From Felis catus (taxonomy: Eukaryota): 64,000 nt of DNA. The notes beneath the pieces are model-generated. The model was not told where the DNA came from and did not search any database. It saw only the letters and a list, made by a program, of their open reading frames with translations. Shown piece by piece: positions 39,790 to 52,577 of this stretch (positions are counted from its first letter, which is position 1; each line of letters begins with the position of its first letter). The translations under genes and the position numbers were made by a program. The stretch is from NCBI RefSeq assembly GCF_018350175.1, contig NC_058368.1, forward strand, positions 34,970,001-35,034,000, written 5' to 3'.

Positions 39790-42020
39790 TGAGAGTGATG
39801 TCAGCAAGATGGCAGACTAGGAAGCTATTTTTCTTCCTCAACAAACATACCAAATTAACAAAAATTATAGACTAAGATACCTCTGTGAGAACTCTATAGA
39901 CCAGTTGAGAAGCTGTAGCACCCATGCTATTATAAAACCAACAAGGGAGTCCAGAAAAAGGATAAGAAAAGCCATGGCATTTGGCATGTTTGTTGGACCC
40001 CCTTTTTCTATGTGGCATAGTACAAAGCAACTGGAAAGAAACCCCTCACACCCAGGGTCCTCCCTCAGAATGGTACCACAGGACCATGTGACCAATGTTC
40101 TGGCTTGTTTGGGGGCTACCAAGGATCAGTTTTCTGTCTTGATTGACTCAAAATGTTGACAGGATTGTTGCCAGAGTCCCACAGCCCACTGCACCTTGTT
40201 TTAATAGATATTACAGGCTTTTGTTATATTCCTTATTGTTATGTTTTTATGTGATTAAAACTCTAAGATTTTTTTTATTACTCATTTTGCTTCACGTGTA
40301 TTTCAATATTCACCTGAGTCCTGTTCTGCCAAGTCCTGGCTGTCCTGAGCAGGTATCAGTGACAGGAATCTGAAGGCCTTACCCCAACACCCCCCAGACT
40401 GACAACCCCACCCACCAGGCCCAGAATGAAGAGAAACTGGGGAATCAGATTTATCTTCCTGACATCACCACATTGGTCCAATCACAAATGCCTTTTTCTC
40501 ACCATAATAAGAATTAGACACATTGAACAAATGTGAAAGCTGGGCTTCTCATCTGATCCTGAAAGCTTCACAAGGCTTTCCCAAATATTGTATTTGGCCA
40601 AACTATCCTTCAAACATGAAGGAGAAATTCTTTCCTAGATAAACAGAAGCTAAAGGAGTTGATTATCACTAAACCTGCTCTACAAAAAATACCAAGGTAG
40701 TTCTTGTAGTTGAAATAAAAGGATAGTATACTGAAACATAAAGCCATATGAAAATATGAGGTTTTTTAGTAGAGTTAAATACATGAACAAATAAAGCAAC
40801 TGGTACTATTATAATTTCAGTGCATAGAACTTAAATAACAGAAACATTAAAAATCCTATAAATCTACATGAACATAAAAATACATGAACATCAATATATA
40901 AGATTTTATTTGTGACGTAAAAAAAATTAAGTGGGCAGGCGTGGAACCATAAAAGAGTGGAGTTTTTGTATGCAATTGAAGTTAAGTTATTATCAATTTA
41001 AAATAGAATACTATAACTTTAATATTTTTATATACTTGCAATGGTTACCACAAAGAATAGATCTACTGAACACACACAAAAGGAAATGAGAAGGAAATCA
41101 AAATATATCACTACAAAAAAAAAATCAATGAGAACCAAAGGAAAACAGTAAGGAAGGACAAACATCCTACAAAATGTACAGGAAAAATAAATAAAATGGT
41201 AATAGGAAGTCCATCTCTATCAGTAATTACTTTAAATGTAAATGGATTAAACTTCATAATCAAAAGAAATGGGTTGATTGGGTAAAAAACAAAAACAGAA
41301 ACAAAAAAACAGAACACAATTATAATATACTGGCACAAGAGAACAATTTTAGATATAAATACACACATAGATGAGTTGAATCACTATATTGTATACCTGA
41401 AACTAATGTGTGTCAACTGTACTTGAATTAAAAAAAAATAATTAAAACTAACTAAATAAAAAACAGATGACATAGTAGGTATACACACACATACACACAC
41501 ACTGGAATTTTATTCAGTCATAAGAAGGAAATCCTGTGATTTGCAACAACATGGATGGACCTTGAGGGCATTATGGTAAGTGAAATAAGCCAGACAGAGC
41601 AAAATAAATACCAAATGGTATCACTTATATATGAAATCTAAATAAAAATAGAATATAAAAATAGAAACCCCCAAAATAGAATAGAAAAGTGGTTGCCAGG
41701 GGCTGAGAGGAGGGGAAATAGGGAGAGATTGGTAAAAGTGTACAAACTTTCAGTTATACAATAAAGTCTGAAGATCTAACATAAAACATAGTGACTATAG
41801 TTAATAACACTATTATATAACAGAAATTTAGTTAGTAGAATTTAAATGTTCATACCCACCCCCACAAAAAAAAATTAAAAAAATTAAAACAAAATAAGAT
41901 AAATATGTGATATGAGTAATGTGTTAATACCTAGAGGTGGAAATTCTTCCATAATGCACATGTTTATCAAATCGCCACAATGTACACTTGTCAATCATAC
42001 CTCAAAATAGCTGAAAAATA
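39790..42020 (+). mobile_element. Older L1 (L1MA-like) reduced to 5' UTR, ORF1 end, inter-ORF spacer, ORF2 start and 3' UTR
   Basis: gagagtgatgtcagcaagatggcagactaggaagc 5' end; aaactatccttcaaacatgaaggagaaat (ORF1 C-terminus); attactttaaatgtaaatggattaaac (TLNVNGLN); atttgcaacaacatggatggaccttgagggcattatg (3' region). Confidence 0.8.
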
Positions 42021-42029
42021 TATCAATGT

Positions 42030-42708
42030 TGTATTAGTTTCCTATGGCTGCTAAAACAAATTACCACAAGCTAGGTGGCTTAAAATAATGCAGATTTATT
42101 CTATTACAGTTCCAGAAGTCTACAACTGGGCCAAAACAGACGTCAGCAATTTTTTGGCCTTTTTTTTTTTTTTTTAAGCTGTGTTTTTCACTTCATGGCC
42201 CCTTTCTCCACTGTCAAAACCCACATTTAGTTTAGCATTTCAAATCTTTCTGCTGAGATCATCACATTGCCTGCTACTGTCTTTATAATAGAATCTCTTC
42301 CTGCTTTCCTCTCATGAGGACAATTGTGATTGCATTTAGGGACCAGAAAGAAAATAATGAAGAACAATCTATTTCAAGATTGTTTTTTTTATTTTTTACG
42401 TTCATTTATTTTTGAGACAGAGAGAGACAGAGCATGAACGGGGGAGGGTCAGAGAGAGAGGGAGACACAGAATCTGAAACAGGCTCCAGGCTCTGAGCTG
42501 TCAGCCCAGAGCCCGACGCGGGGCTCAAACTCATGGACTGTGAGACCATGACCTGAGCCGAAGTCAGACGCCCAACCGACTGAGCCACCCAGGCGCCCCT
42601 CAAGATTCTTAATCAAGTAAGCAGTCTCTTTTCTTGCATAATTTAAGATTCACAGGATGCTGGGATTAAGACCTGGATATATTTGGGTACTATAATTTCC
42701 CTATCACA
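42030..42708 (-). mobile_element. MLT1 (MLT1C/D-like) solo LTR interrupted by a SINE
   Basis: tgtattagtttcctatggctgct...aaattaccacaagctaggtggcttaaa at one end and tatcaca at the other. Confidence 0.85.
42383..42599 (-). mobile_element. Can-SINE (felid type, fairly young)
   Basis: TSD tcaagatt; several CpGs retained. Confidence 0.97.
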
Positions 42709-44532
42709 GGTGTGTTTCTATAGATCTTGAGATTACCTTTCTTAACAAATTCTAACATATTAATAGTGCTTTGAAAACCATGTGCTTTGCTTTGGGGTGG
42801 AAGGATGCCTTTTTTTAAATTCAGTTTACTACAAGAGCAAGCAAAATATTTGGGCAGACAAAACTTTCCTTGTCCCAAGGTCATAGAAGTTTCCTTTTCT
42901 CTCTGTAATCTCTGCATGCTGGGTTCTCTGAAAAGACCAACAAATATAAAATCGATGCCTATCATCAGTGGTTATTGGAGTATGTAGACAGTTAATGAGG
43001 ATGCCAAAGATGAATATTTATCTGATCATCTAGCACATTCCCCCATAACATCACCAGTCTGTAAGTGAAGTTACAATCAGAAAAATAAACCATACTACTT
43101 ACCTACTAGCAGCCCTTGGTTACATGTTGCTTAGTAGTTGGAAATCACAGGTTTGTTTTTAAAAGGTGTCTAAGTTTTGTAGTTACCTACAGGAGGCAAT
43201 TAACTTTTTTTTCTGATTCCAGTAAGAATGATTATGAAAACACATCACAACTTCTTTCCTATGAAGCGTTGAGACACATTTGATTCCTTTACAGTGTTTT
43301 CAATTTTCATTGTTTAATTAAAACAATTACAGAGAAGGCCACTTGGAGGGCACAGCAAAAGGGACCATAGATGACTTCATAGTCATTCATTTGGCCCAAT
43401 GGTGGTATTCTTACAATGATCTGTGGGATTTCTGTTGTCAGCAAATGTCCAGCCCATTGTTTTTGCATTTCTGTCTTCAGGGGGCAGCTGTTTCTCCGTG
43501 AGCTCCCATGGAGCTTCCCTGCAACACAGCACTCTATTCCCGGGCTCAACTGTCTCCACTAACGGCGTTTTCTTCCACAATGTGGCTCCCTGATGGGTCT
43601 CCTTGTGTTTCATTTTTACTTTGTATGAAATGTACTGCAAATAGCTGTTTATGCTCTGTCTATTTTATGGTGTCATGCCTTCTCTTTAGTGTATTAAGGG
43701 CCTGAAAGTCTTCTATTAGCTGTTTTCTACTTTAATTAGTTGCCTGCCACTCTCGTGTCTCTGAGCTATGTAATCTCCAATAGGTAGCAAGCTAAATTAT
43801 CTGACACTTTTCTTTCTGTCAATTTGCTTTAAAATGTGCCTTAGCAGTTTTTAGAGGGTATATATTATCATTAAGATAACATACCACTAACTACTAAATA
43901 TTCTTTCATGTCCACATAAAATATAAATATATATACAAATGAACCTTTAAAAAGTGAGGAAGTATGACAAACAAGTTCAGTGCCTGAAAGAAAATGGTTC
44001 AGAACTAAACAAGGTACACTGTAGGTAAAGAGGACTTTTAATAAACACGAAAAATATGATCCTAGAATTTCTGATTTGTAGGATGGGAATAACACCTATT
44101 TCAGATATAATATTTGCAAAGTATCAGCATTTTGTCTGGCAAATAGCAAGTGTCAACAAAAGTGAATTATATTATATATCAAGTCATAGCATATCATGTA
44201 AATGTGTAGTTATTCATTTAACATAAATCTTTTTGGTGACTACCATGTGTCAAACCACCGTGTTTGAGTGCCTACTATGCGTTTGTACTGTGCTCATATG
44301 TCATACTGATTTCAACTAGCTCATTTCCTAAGAAATGAACCACAGACTTTTATTAAGCATGTGGAACCTGTTTTAGAGCAAGTTATTAAAAAATGATTAT
44401 TATACGTATCTTGAATACAGAGATCACGTCTCCACAATTGCCACAGTTTATGTCATTTTAAAAGATTCTGTCTCTCCTGGCTTTTCTGGAACATCCAAAC
44501 ATTGTTACTCAACAAATTTCATTACATTTTTA

Positions 44533-44784
44533 ATTATTTTTATGTTTTTTATGTTCATTTATTTATTTGTTTATTTATTTATTTTGAGACAGAGAGAGAG
44601 GAGAGAGAGAGAGAGCACTAGCAGGTGAGGGGCAGAGACAGAGGTTGAGAGAGAGAATCCCAAACAGGCTCTGTGCTGTCACCACAGAGCCTGATGCAGG
44701 GTGCAGACTCATAAACCGTGAGATCATGACCTGAGCCAAAATCAAGAGTCAGACGCTTAACCAACTTAGCCACCCAGGTGCCCC
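44533..44784 (-). mobile_element. Can-SINE
   Basis: Perfect TSD tcattacattttta at 44519-44532 and 44785-44798. Confidence 0.97.
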
Positions 44785-45599
44785 TCATTACATTTTTACA
44801 ATTTTAGGGAGTCACTGTAATACATGTAAGCATATGCTTCATATACAAGTTTCTTAGAACATTCAAACATTTAGATACGCTATGCAAATTTATGTTTATC
44901 ACGGGGAGCCATTAAAATGTCTATGGAGACAGTCCAATTTTGTGGAATGGTTAATTCTACCATTCTCCTCTTCAAATGAATCTAAATAACTTTTACAGGC
45001 TGCCACTTTCATTGTTCCAGTGACTCCCAAATACCCACACGGTTATGTGATTTTGAATTATGCCCATCAATGATCTCCCTTCTATTTCCGCCCACAAAAA
45101 GCACAATAAGTGACTTCTATTGATCTCTGCCAAAGAATAAAATAGTGATCTAAAGAGGTTCTTGACAGTTAGCACAGTTGTAATATATGAGCCCCTTCAT
45201 CATGTGTCTTATAAATTTTGGTGCCTGAGGAACTAGAGATAATTTTTTTGTGTGTCTATAAAACTAAGAGCTTGATGTAGGGTTGAAAGGGTCATTATAT
45301 AATTAAGGGGTTACAAAGAGCCATACAATATATCCACTGCCTTCAAAACATTTTATAAAAGTTCCTAAATATGTGGTTCTCACCACAACCAATGTTTTAT
45401 CACTTGAAATGATTTAAATGGTACAATGTAGGTGCTAAAACAGGTAGAATTCTATTAATATATTTTATAATGTGACCTATAATTTTCTTTGTCAACAGAT
45501 ATAATATAGCTTATCAAATTTGATTAAAGTCATTTCAAAAATCAAGTTAAATGAGTCAGCCAAGTGTTTTAACTCATGGAATTTTAGCAGATCTTAAAT

Positions 45600-45840
45600 A
45601 AGACTAATGTAGTAGAGAGACAACAAAGTAAGGTTGTTAGGAGCCTTGGTTCCAGATTTGGTTCCACTTGGCCTGGTTGTCCAAGACTGCCACTGTTAAC
45701 TCTGTGTCCTTTAAATCTGCAAAATTGAGATAATCAGATCTTACAACATTTTCATGGGAATTACTAGTTGAGGCCTATGAAAGGCTTAGAAAAGAGCATG
45801 ACACATAGTAAACCTTCAATCAACTGCCACTCTTACTATT
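45600..45840 (+). mobile_element. MIR fragment
   Basis: aaatctgcaaaattgagataat...atgaaaggcttagaaaagagcatgacacatagtaaacc. Confidence 0.6.
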
Positions 45841-46236
45841 AAACTCACAGACAAAACAGGTCTCTATCCCAAATCCATCTCACATAACAGAAATTCCTAT
45901 GGCACATTCACGTAATAACAAATGTGAAAATATCATAGACATCATCTGAGGAAATTATTACCATTACTCAGTGTTTATTCTAGTAAATTTCTATTTTCCC
46001 ATTACCTACAGAAAAGTCCTATTTCAGTCTTTCTACTTCCTACTAATAGTCGTTTTGCCATAGCTAAAGAAAGAAATCATTGTGAAGAGAACATATTAGT
46101 CCCTTACGATATTACCATATCATCTTTTGAAATTTCATTTTTCTCTTCCTCTAGAGTTACAGGCTGGAAGGTAAGAGCAAGAGCAGCGTCCCAGTACTCT
46201 TGCTTTTCTCACTGAGAAAGATTACAGATCTCTTTT

Positions 46237-46461
46237 CCCTTTTTAAAAAATATTTTTTAACATTTATTTATTTTTTTGAGGCAGAGAGAGACAGAGCATG
46301 AATGGGGGAGGGTCAGAGAGAGGGAGACACAGAATCCAAAACAGGCTCCAGGCTCTGAGTTGTGGGCACAGAGCCCAATGCGGGGCTCGAGCTCACAGAC
46401 CGCGAGATCACGACCTGAGCCGGAGTCGGACGCTCAATCGACTGAGCCACCCAGGCGCCCC
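46237..46461 (-). mobile_element. Can-SINE (felid type, young, CpG-rich)
   Basis: TSD cagatctctttt at 46225-46236 and 46462-46473. Confidence 0.97.
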
Positions 46462-48109
46462 CAGATCTCTTTTTCCAATGCACGGACCCATGCAATTTGA
46501 TTTGTACAACTGCTTCGGGAGGGATTTGATACATGTGGATTTTAATATAGAGTATGAGTACCAATAAATTATCATACCCTGAATCATCATTTGGAAAGAA
46601 AAAGAAAACGGTTTAAAAGTTGGAATATGTGAAAAATTCTCCTTCTGTCATTTTCCTTGCAGTCAGAACCTAAGTTGTGGTTCATCTACAGAAATTCTTT
46701 TCTACAGGGTAACAACATCTTTGATATTTGAGGGAAGAAATAAAAGTTAATTTCCAAGACCTCTGGAAACTATACTCCTCACTCCTTAGGAAAAAAAAGA
46801 GAAAAAATATCTAATCTGAAAACAGTCTTTTGCAAGACAAAAATTCTGTCAGGCCGTGCTAAAATCTATTTGCCATTGAATTTTGAACATATTCTTAAAT
46901 TTCATTAGGACATAATGCATTTTCATTTTTCAATGTTAGGTTAAATATTATATTGAGTAATGCCTTTATGAATTTAGTTATGGATTCCACAGTCTATAAT
47001 ACTCCTTTGTATGTTTTGGTGACTCTAAATCTGCTCGATTTCTTCTAGGAATTATTTTCTAATATTCTTCTTTTTCCACTATAGCAGACTCCTCTTTCCA
47101 TTGAAGTTCCATTTTGAAATGCTCATTAGATGTTGAATGTCTATCAGTAACCACAGTCTATGAGCCCCTAATTCTTCTGTGTGCCTTTCAACTTTCATTT
47201 TCCTCAACGCAAACACTTTCATATTTTTACTTTCATCTATTCTTTAAGGACTTGCAGGATGACAAAACCTCTTTCAGAAAGAGCTGGGTCAGTAATATAA
47301 GGCATTTTTTTTTTATAAAACTCTCTACCATGCATAACAGAGCAAAACAGGAAACAAGTGGAAGCAAACTAGAGTTGTGTGAAATTGCTCATTTATTCTT
47401 CTCAAATAGTTTTCAGTTTTTCATGAAACCGCGGAAAAATTCACAAATTGTATTCCAATGAGATGAATATTTGTTTTTCAAGTTTTCATCAAAACTTTCG
47501 TCTTCAGGTAAACATTGGATATGCATAAGACATCCCGTTCCCGTGTGTGCGGGTAGTACCTGCCTGTTCACAGGCCTGAAAATGGAAGTAGGATATTAAA
47601 TATGCACAAACTGACTGACTGGATAAGGAGAGATGCAGACAGTGCTGTGACTAGTGAATACACACCGATGTTTGGGTGGGCAGGATCCTTTCCGACTTTT
47701 CACTATTCCAAAATGAAGAGTTTAAGCTGAAGGTTTTTCTAATAGGAAATAATTGTTTTGATTTGCTGTCTCTACCTTTTTGGCTAATTGTCCTGTGAGG
47801 CACCATCTTCGTTGTCATAATCTTCTTTTTCTTTTATCGGTAAATAGGAAAAACTAATAATAAATGGCCCAGATATTTTGGTGTTTTCCCAGCATTCATG
47901 GTTTAGTTTCCATATAGAACATCTTTCATGCTGATGTAATAATTCATTTATTTCCTGCTTCAAATCATAGTTTTCTGAGTGAACAACTTTAAATGCCATA
48001 GTTCCTTAACGCATCAGTAATAAGACGGCAAGTTTGAGTATCTGCTAATTTGAAGTACCATGTAAAGGGTACTTTGAAATTGGTTTTTCTCTATGTGCAT
48101 TTAAAGGAT

Positions 48110-48258
48110 ATGTGGGTGATAAATAGTAAGGAGGGCACTTGTTGGGATGAGCACTGGGTGTTGTACGTAAGTGATGAATCACTAAATTTTACTTCTAAAA
48201 CCAGTATTACATATTAACTAGAATTTTAATAAAAACTTGAAACAAACAAAAAAGAAAA
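48110..48258 (+). mobile_element. Very short 5'-truncated carnivore L1 3' end
   Basis: aaggagggcacttgttgggatgagcactgggtgttgta; TSD taaaggat at 48102-48109 and 48259-48266. Confidence 0.9.
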
Positions 48259-48877
48259 TAAAGGATTTTAGAACATTTTTTAATTTGGATGAGGTAAATT
48301 ATCCCATCATGTAACTTTGACACAGACATACATAAGATACAAGCCCAACAGGAAATTCCATTTTGAGCCCCCGGAAGTGGTTGAACTAAGAGGCGAATGT
48401 CCCTTGCCTGCCTGCTTGCTTCCTTTTCTTTTTTTTTCTTTCCTTTTTTCTTTCTTTCTTCCATTTCCTAAAATCTCAGAACTTCTCATATTGATCTTTA
48501 ACCTTCACAAAAAGTGACGCAAGAAACACCCATGTGTAAACTGAGCAGATGTAGGACAGTAGAAAATGGTGAGGCCTGTGTGCCCAGCCTAAAGTCTATC
48601 AATTTCCAAATGATATGAATGCTCTGCACAATGGATTCAGTCTGCCTTAGCCAGTTTTTGGTGCCATTCCAAAGCTCTGAACTTCTTTTAAATGTTTTGT
48701 CTTTATATTCTATACCTCCTATCTAGCAATGGACTCAATTATATTACTGTTTGTGTCTCATGATTTCCTTATTTAGCATAGCATAATAAAAGATTACCAC
48801 ATGTTCACCTATATGCACTGTCCTCCCAGCATGTACAATGCATCTGTGTAAGCACGTATAAAAGGTATTCATTTAGT

Positions 48878-49079
48878 GGTGCCTGGGTGGCTGAGTTGGT
48901 TAAGCCTCTGACTCTGACTCTTGGTTTGAGCTTAGGTCCTGATCTCGCAGTTCGTGAATATGAGCCTCCCATTGGGCCCTGCGCTGAGAGCATGGAGCCT
49001 GCTTGGGATTCTCTCTCTCCCTCTCTCTCTCTGCCCCCCGCCCCGCCTGCCTCAAAATAAATGAATAAACATTTAAAAA
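48878..49079 (+). mobile_element. Can-SINE
   Basis: Perfect 20-bp TSD ataaaaggtattcatttagt at 48858-48877 and 49080-49099. Confidence 0.97.
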
Positions 49080-49699
49080 ATAAAAGGTATTCATTTAGTC
49101 TGTTTTTTTAGGTTTGTTTTTTTTGTTTGCAGGATAGGAAAGGGTTTGTTTTCCTTTTATTTAATTTCCTATACTTTCATGGTTCTTCAATGTCCTTTTG
49201 TTTTACTATCAGATTTTGAAAATAATTTTTGAATATTAAAGTACTATAATTAAAGTTTTTAAGTTAATTATTCCTTTTGATATCCTTGCCTCTCTATTTC
49301 TCATGTTAAACACGCTATTTATCACATTTGTTTTGTTTAAAAAAAGAGTAGCTAATGTCTATAAACATTGAGGTGAGCTCCAAGTTCCCTCTTGTAGACC
49401 AGCTAAGTAGGGCCTTGGATGGTAACTGCACACTCTAAATATGAACGAGGAAAACAATACAGTCTGTTTTTAAACCCTAGGATGCTGAGTTCCCCTAAAT
49501 TGAAGGTGTAGCCAGAATTATCATGGAAATAAACTTAACTTCTATGATGTGCTTTATTTCCTAAGTAGGGCCATAGTCAGGAAGTTTTCCCAGGAGGTAG
49601 AATCAAATTATGAGATCCCTAGGAGTTTAAAGACTTTTGTGGGCTATATTAGTACATTTGCTCATGAGGAGTCTTCCAGGTTTACTTTTACAATTACCT

Positions 49700-50140
49700 C
49701 AAAATTTGTACTGAGTATCTGTTATGTACCATCACATTATAATATCTATGAAGGTCACATCGGTGACTAGGACACACAAATCTTCCTCCTCAGGGAGTTT
49801 AAAATCTAATTGATGAAGAGATAAAATTCTGATACATGGCAAACACAGGGTACCGTGAGAGGCATCTGACCCAACTATGTAAAATCATGGTGGCCACTCA
49901 AGGTAGTACAGAGCCTAACCTAGGTTTTTGTCTGATTAGGAATTAACTAGTCAAAGGGGAGAACAGGCAAATGAGTGTTTCAGACTGAGGAAACATTTAA
50001 ACAGATTCAGAAGAAACACAGAGTATAGATGAGGAACAGAAAATAATTTACTCTGGTAGGAGGTTATGGTATGAGGATGGTGATGCTGAGAGATGAGTAT
50101 GGAAAGGGACCAGTGCATGAAAATGTGAAAAGCCCATAGA
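49700..50140 (-). mobile_element. L2 fragment, antisense
   Basis: atttgtactgagtatctgttatgtacca...cctcctcagggagtttaaaatcta...gtgtttcagactgaggaaaca. Confidence 0.5.
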
Positions 50141-50245
50141 GACCGTAATCACAACTATTTACTTTATCCTGATGGTACTGAGGGAAAGATGGTCATTAAG
50201 GAATTTTTTAAATATTGAATGGTTTTAATAGGAGAAATGTTTAAT

Positions 50246-50343
50246 ATGTGTGTGTATATATATGTATGTGTATACATATATGTGTGTGTGTGTGTATATA
50301 AATGGCCAATAATATGTCTCTCTCTCTCTTTCACACACACATA

Positions 50344-50397
<54 letters not shown>
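50246..50397. repeat. (TG/TA)n, (TC)n and (CA)n compound microsatellite
   Basis: Seen directly. Confidence 0.95.
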
Positions 50398-50398
<1 letters not shown>

Positions 50399-50621
50399 TT
50401 ATGCCTAACTATATGGATTTCCTGAGTCCTAAGGACTGATTAAAGATGGAAACAGTTATAAACCTAAGTGAGTGCCCTGAGTCATTTTAGTGCAAATCTC
50501 TACCCCCTCTCCATGCCATGTATGACAGATGCATTATGAATATTCTGCTATCAAGGCAGTCATTCCCCCCTTTACTCTGCACTCACAGGATTGATTCAGT
50601 TTTGTAGAGGTTGCATGAATT

Positions 50622-50622
<1 letters not shown>

Positions 50623-50690
<68 letters not shown>
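50623..50690. repeat. poly(A) followed by (AT)n of about 25 units
   Basis: Seen directly. Confidence 0.97.
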
Positions 50691-50692
<2 letters not shown>

Positions 50693-52498
50693 TCCCACTT
50701 CTTACCAGCTATGAGTCTGGCAAGTAACTCAACTCACCTTGATTTTAGTTTCTTTTTATGTGTTAATTAAAAAATAAAGTTTGGTACTATTTCACTGGCC
50801 CAATACACAGTACTAGAGAATACACAGTAATCTGAATATTTAGGGTCCAGAGTGTATTATTATTGTGTTATATCAAAGGAATTTCTCAGAAAAGTCTGTA
50901 CCATAGCACAAATCATGACAAAGATAACTTAGTCTATGTGAGGAATGTCTGCTGGAGCCAGCCAGTACAAAAATCCTTCATTTGTTTCCAATGCATTAAG
51001 CAGCTACTGTAAATAATAAGAATGTAAGAAGTTTATGAGATCTACAGATGATTCTGGTAGGGGAGTGCAAGAACGACACTTTGAAAGTTGGAGGAAGAAG
51101 GAAAAGGACAAAATTTTAAAAAAACTGAAATTTATTATTTCTTACATAGCAAATGCCAGGGAGTATCATGTAGTGTAAGTAATGATGGGGAATAATGCAG
51201 GTAGATAAATTTCAGTACGTTTTAAACAAAGGATATGTAACTGCTCCTACGTGGCATTCTTTGAGCACCTGACATATAAGGACTGTTCTGATCATGCTTA
51301 TCATTGTTACCAGCTGGGAATAAAGTTTCATGTATTCTAGTTTATCTCAAAAGAAAATAAAGAACATATCTAAGGTCCTCCTGTGCTGAGGTCTAATCAT
51401 CTTTGCATCATTGACAGAAAAACCTAATTTTATTTGCCTTGTTGATAAAAAGTTTTATATTCTTCCTTTGCGGGTGGGTCTTTTAGCCAAACTAGAAAGA
51501 CAGCATTTCAAGTCTTGGGAGATAGCAGATGTGCTCAGATTTCTTTGGTGAGTCACTAACTCCAGTAGGTAAGCTTGGAAAGACATGCAAACAAGGGCTC
51601 TGCAAACCATCTGTGGCCCTGCTTTCTACCAATTCTGGTAACCACCTCTAACCAAGGCATGTATTTACATTCTTAACAGGAAAACTTCATCAAATTCAGA
51701 AACTCCTTGACTGTGTCTGGCAAGGCAAGTATTACTTTCAGATATCTCTAGGTTATGGTCTATCAATTAAATACATTTTTGTATTTAATGCAGATTCAAC
51801 TAATTTAACTTTCACAGGCTATCAAACAGGAATGCAAAGCCCCATTCCTGTAAAGAGCTTGAATAAAGAATAGGTTATCATCCTGAATACCCTTTTAGTT
51901 AAAGTGATACCTAAACTTTACCAGACTAATGAATTGAGACCATTTCATAGGAATTTTATTCTACCCCATTTACTTCATGCAATATCCAAAATGTTGTACA
52001 CTCTTTGGCTGCCTGGTGGGAATATGTGTTAGACATACATTTATTCACAACTCAGGATCACCATGGACTCATTAAGAGCCCTTCTCATTGTAAAATAGTA
52101 CCTTCTGCAAACACTTCATACGGTTTATAAATCAATTCAATTTACATTTGTGAGTGTCCTTCATGTGTCCATCCCATGGTGCTAGGGGGACTTAATATAA
52201 AAGAAGATACAATAAATGTTTAAAAGGCTAAATCAAACAAATAAGTTTTTAGTTGAACCTTACAAATCAACAGTAATTTTAAAGCTCTCATGCATAAACA
52301 AATAGATTTCCTGGCTGAAGAGCAGGGTGTGGAAGGATGTGATCTATTAGAATCAGTATGCAAAGTGGCAGGTGGAGGTCAGTGATTGTAAATTGTGGCA
52401 GAAACTCTTTCAGAATCAGGAAGTCTTTATGTGACAAGCTTGCACTGAGTAGGTCCAGAAAGGAAATTAGTAAAAGGAAGTTGGTAAAACACATGCAC

Positions 52499-52500
<2 letters not shown>

Positions 52501-52576
<76 letters not shown>

Positions 52577-52577
52577 A
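52501..52577. repeat. (CA)n(CT)n(CA)n compound microsatellite
   Basis: Seen directly. Confidence 0.97.

Noticed and set aside
43307..43705. Overlapping 65-85 aa ORFs in unique sequence
   Set aside because: No recognisable domain, no paired splice sites keeping a frame open, and lengths expected by chance.
46276..46590. Cluster of four ORFs
   Set aside because: All run through a Can-SINE; the same peptides recur at other SINEs (42406, 56281, 58096).
47784..47999. 71-aa ORF with an acidic tail on the - strand
   Set aside because: No recognisable homology, exon structure or retrocopy hallmarks.
51766..51789. 10-bp hairpin attaaataca-tttt-tgtatttaat
   Set aside because: AT-rich stem plausible by chance; no terminator or miRNA context.
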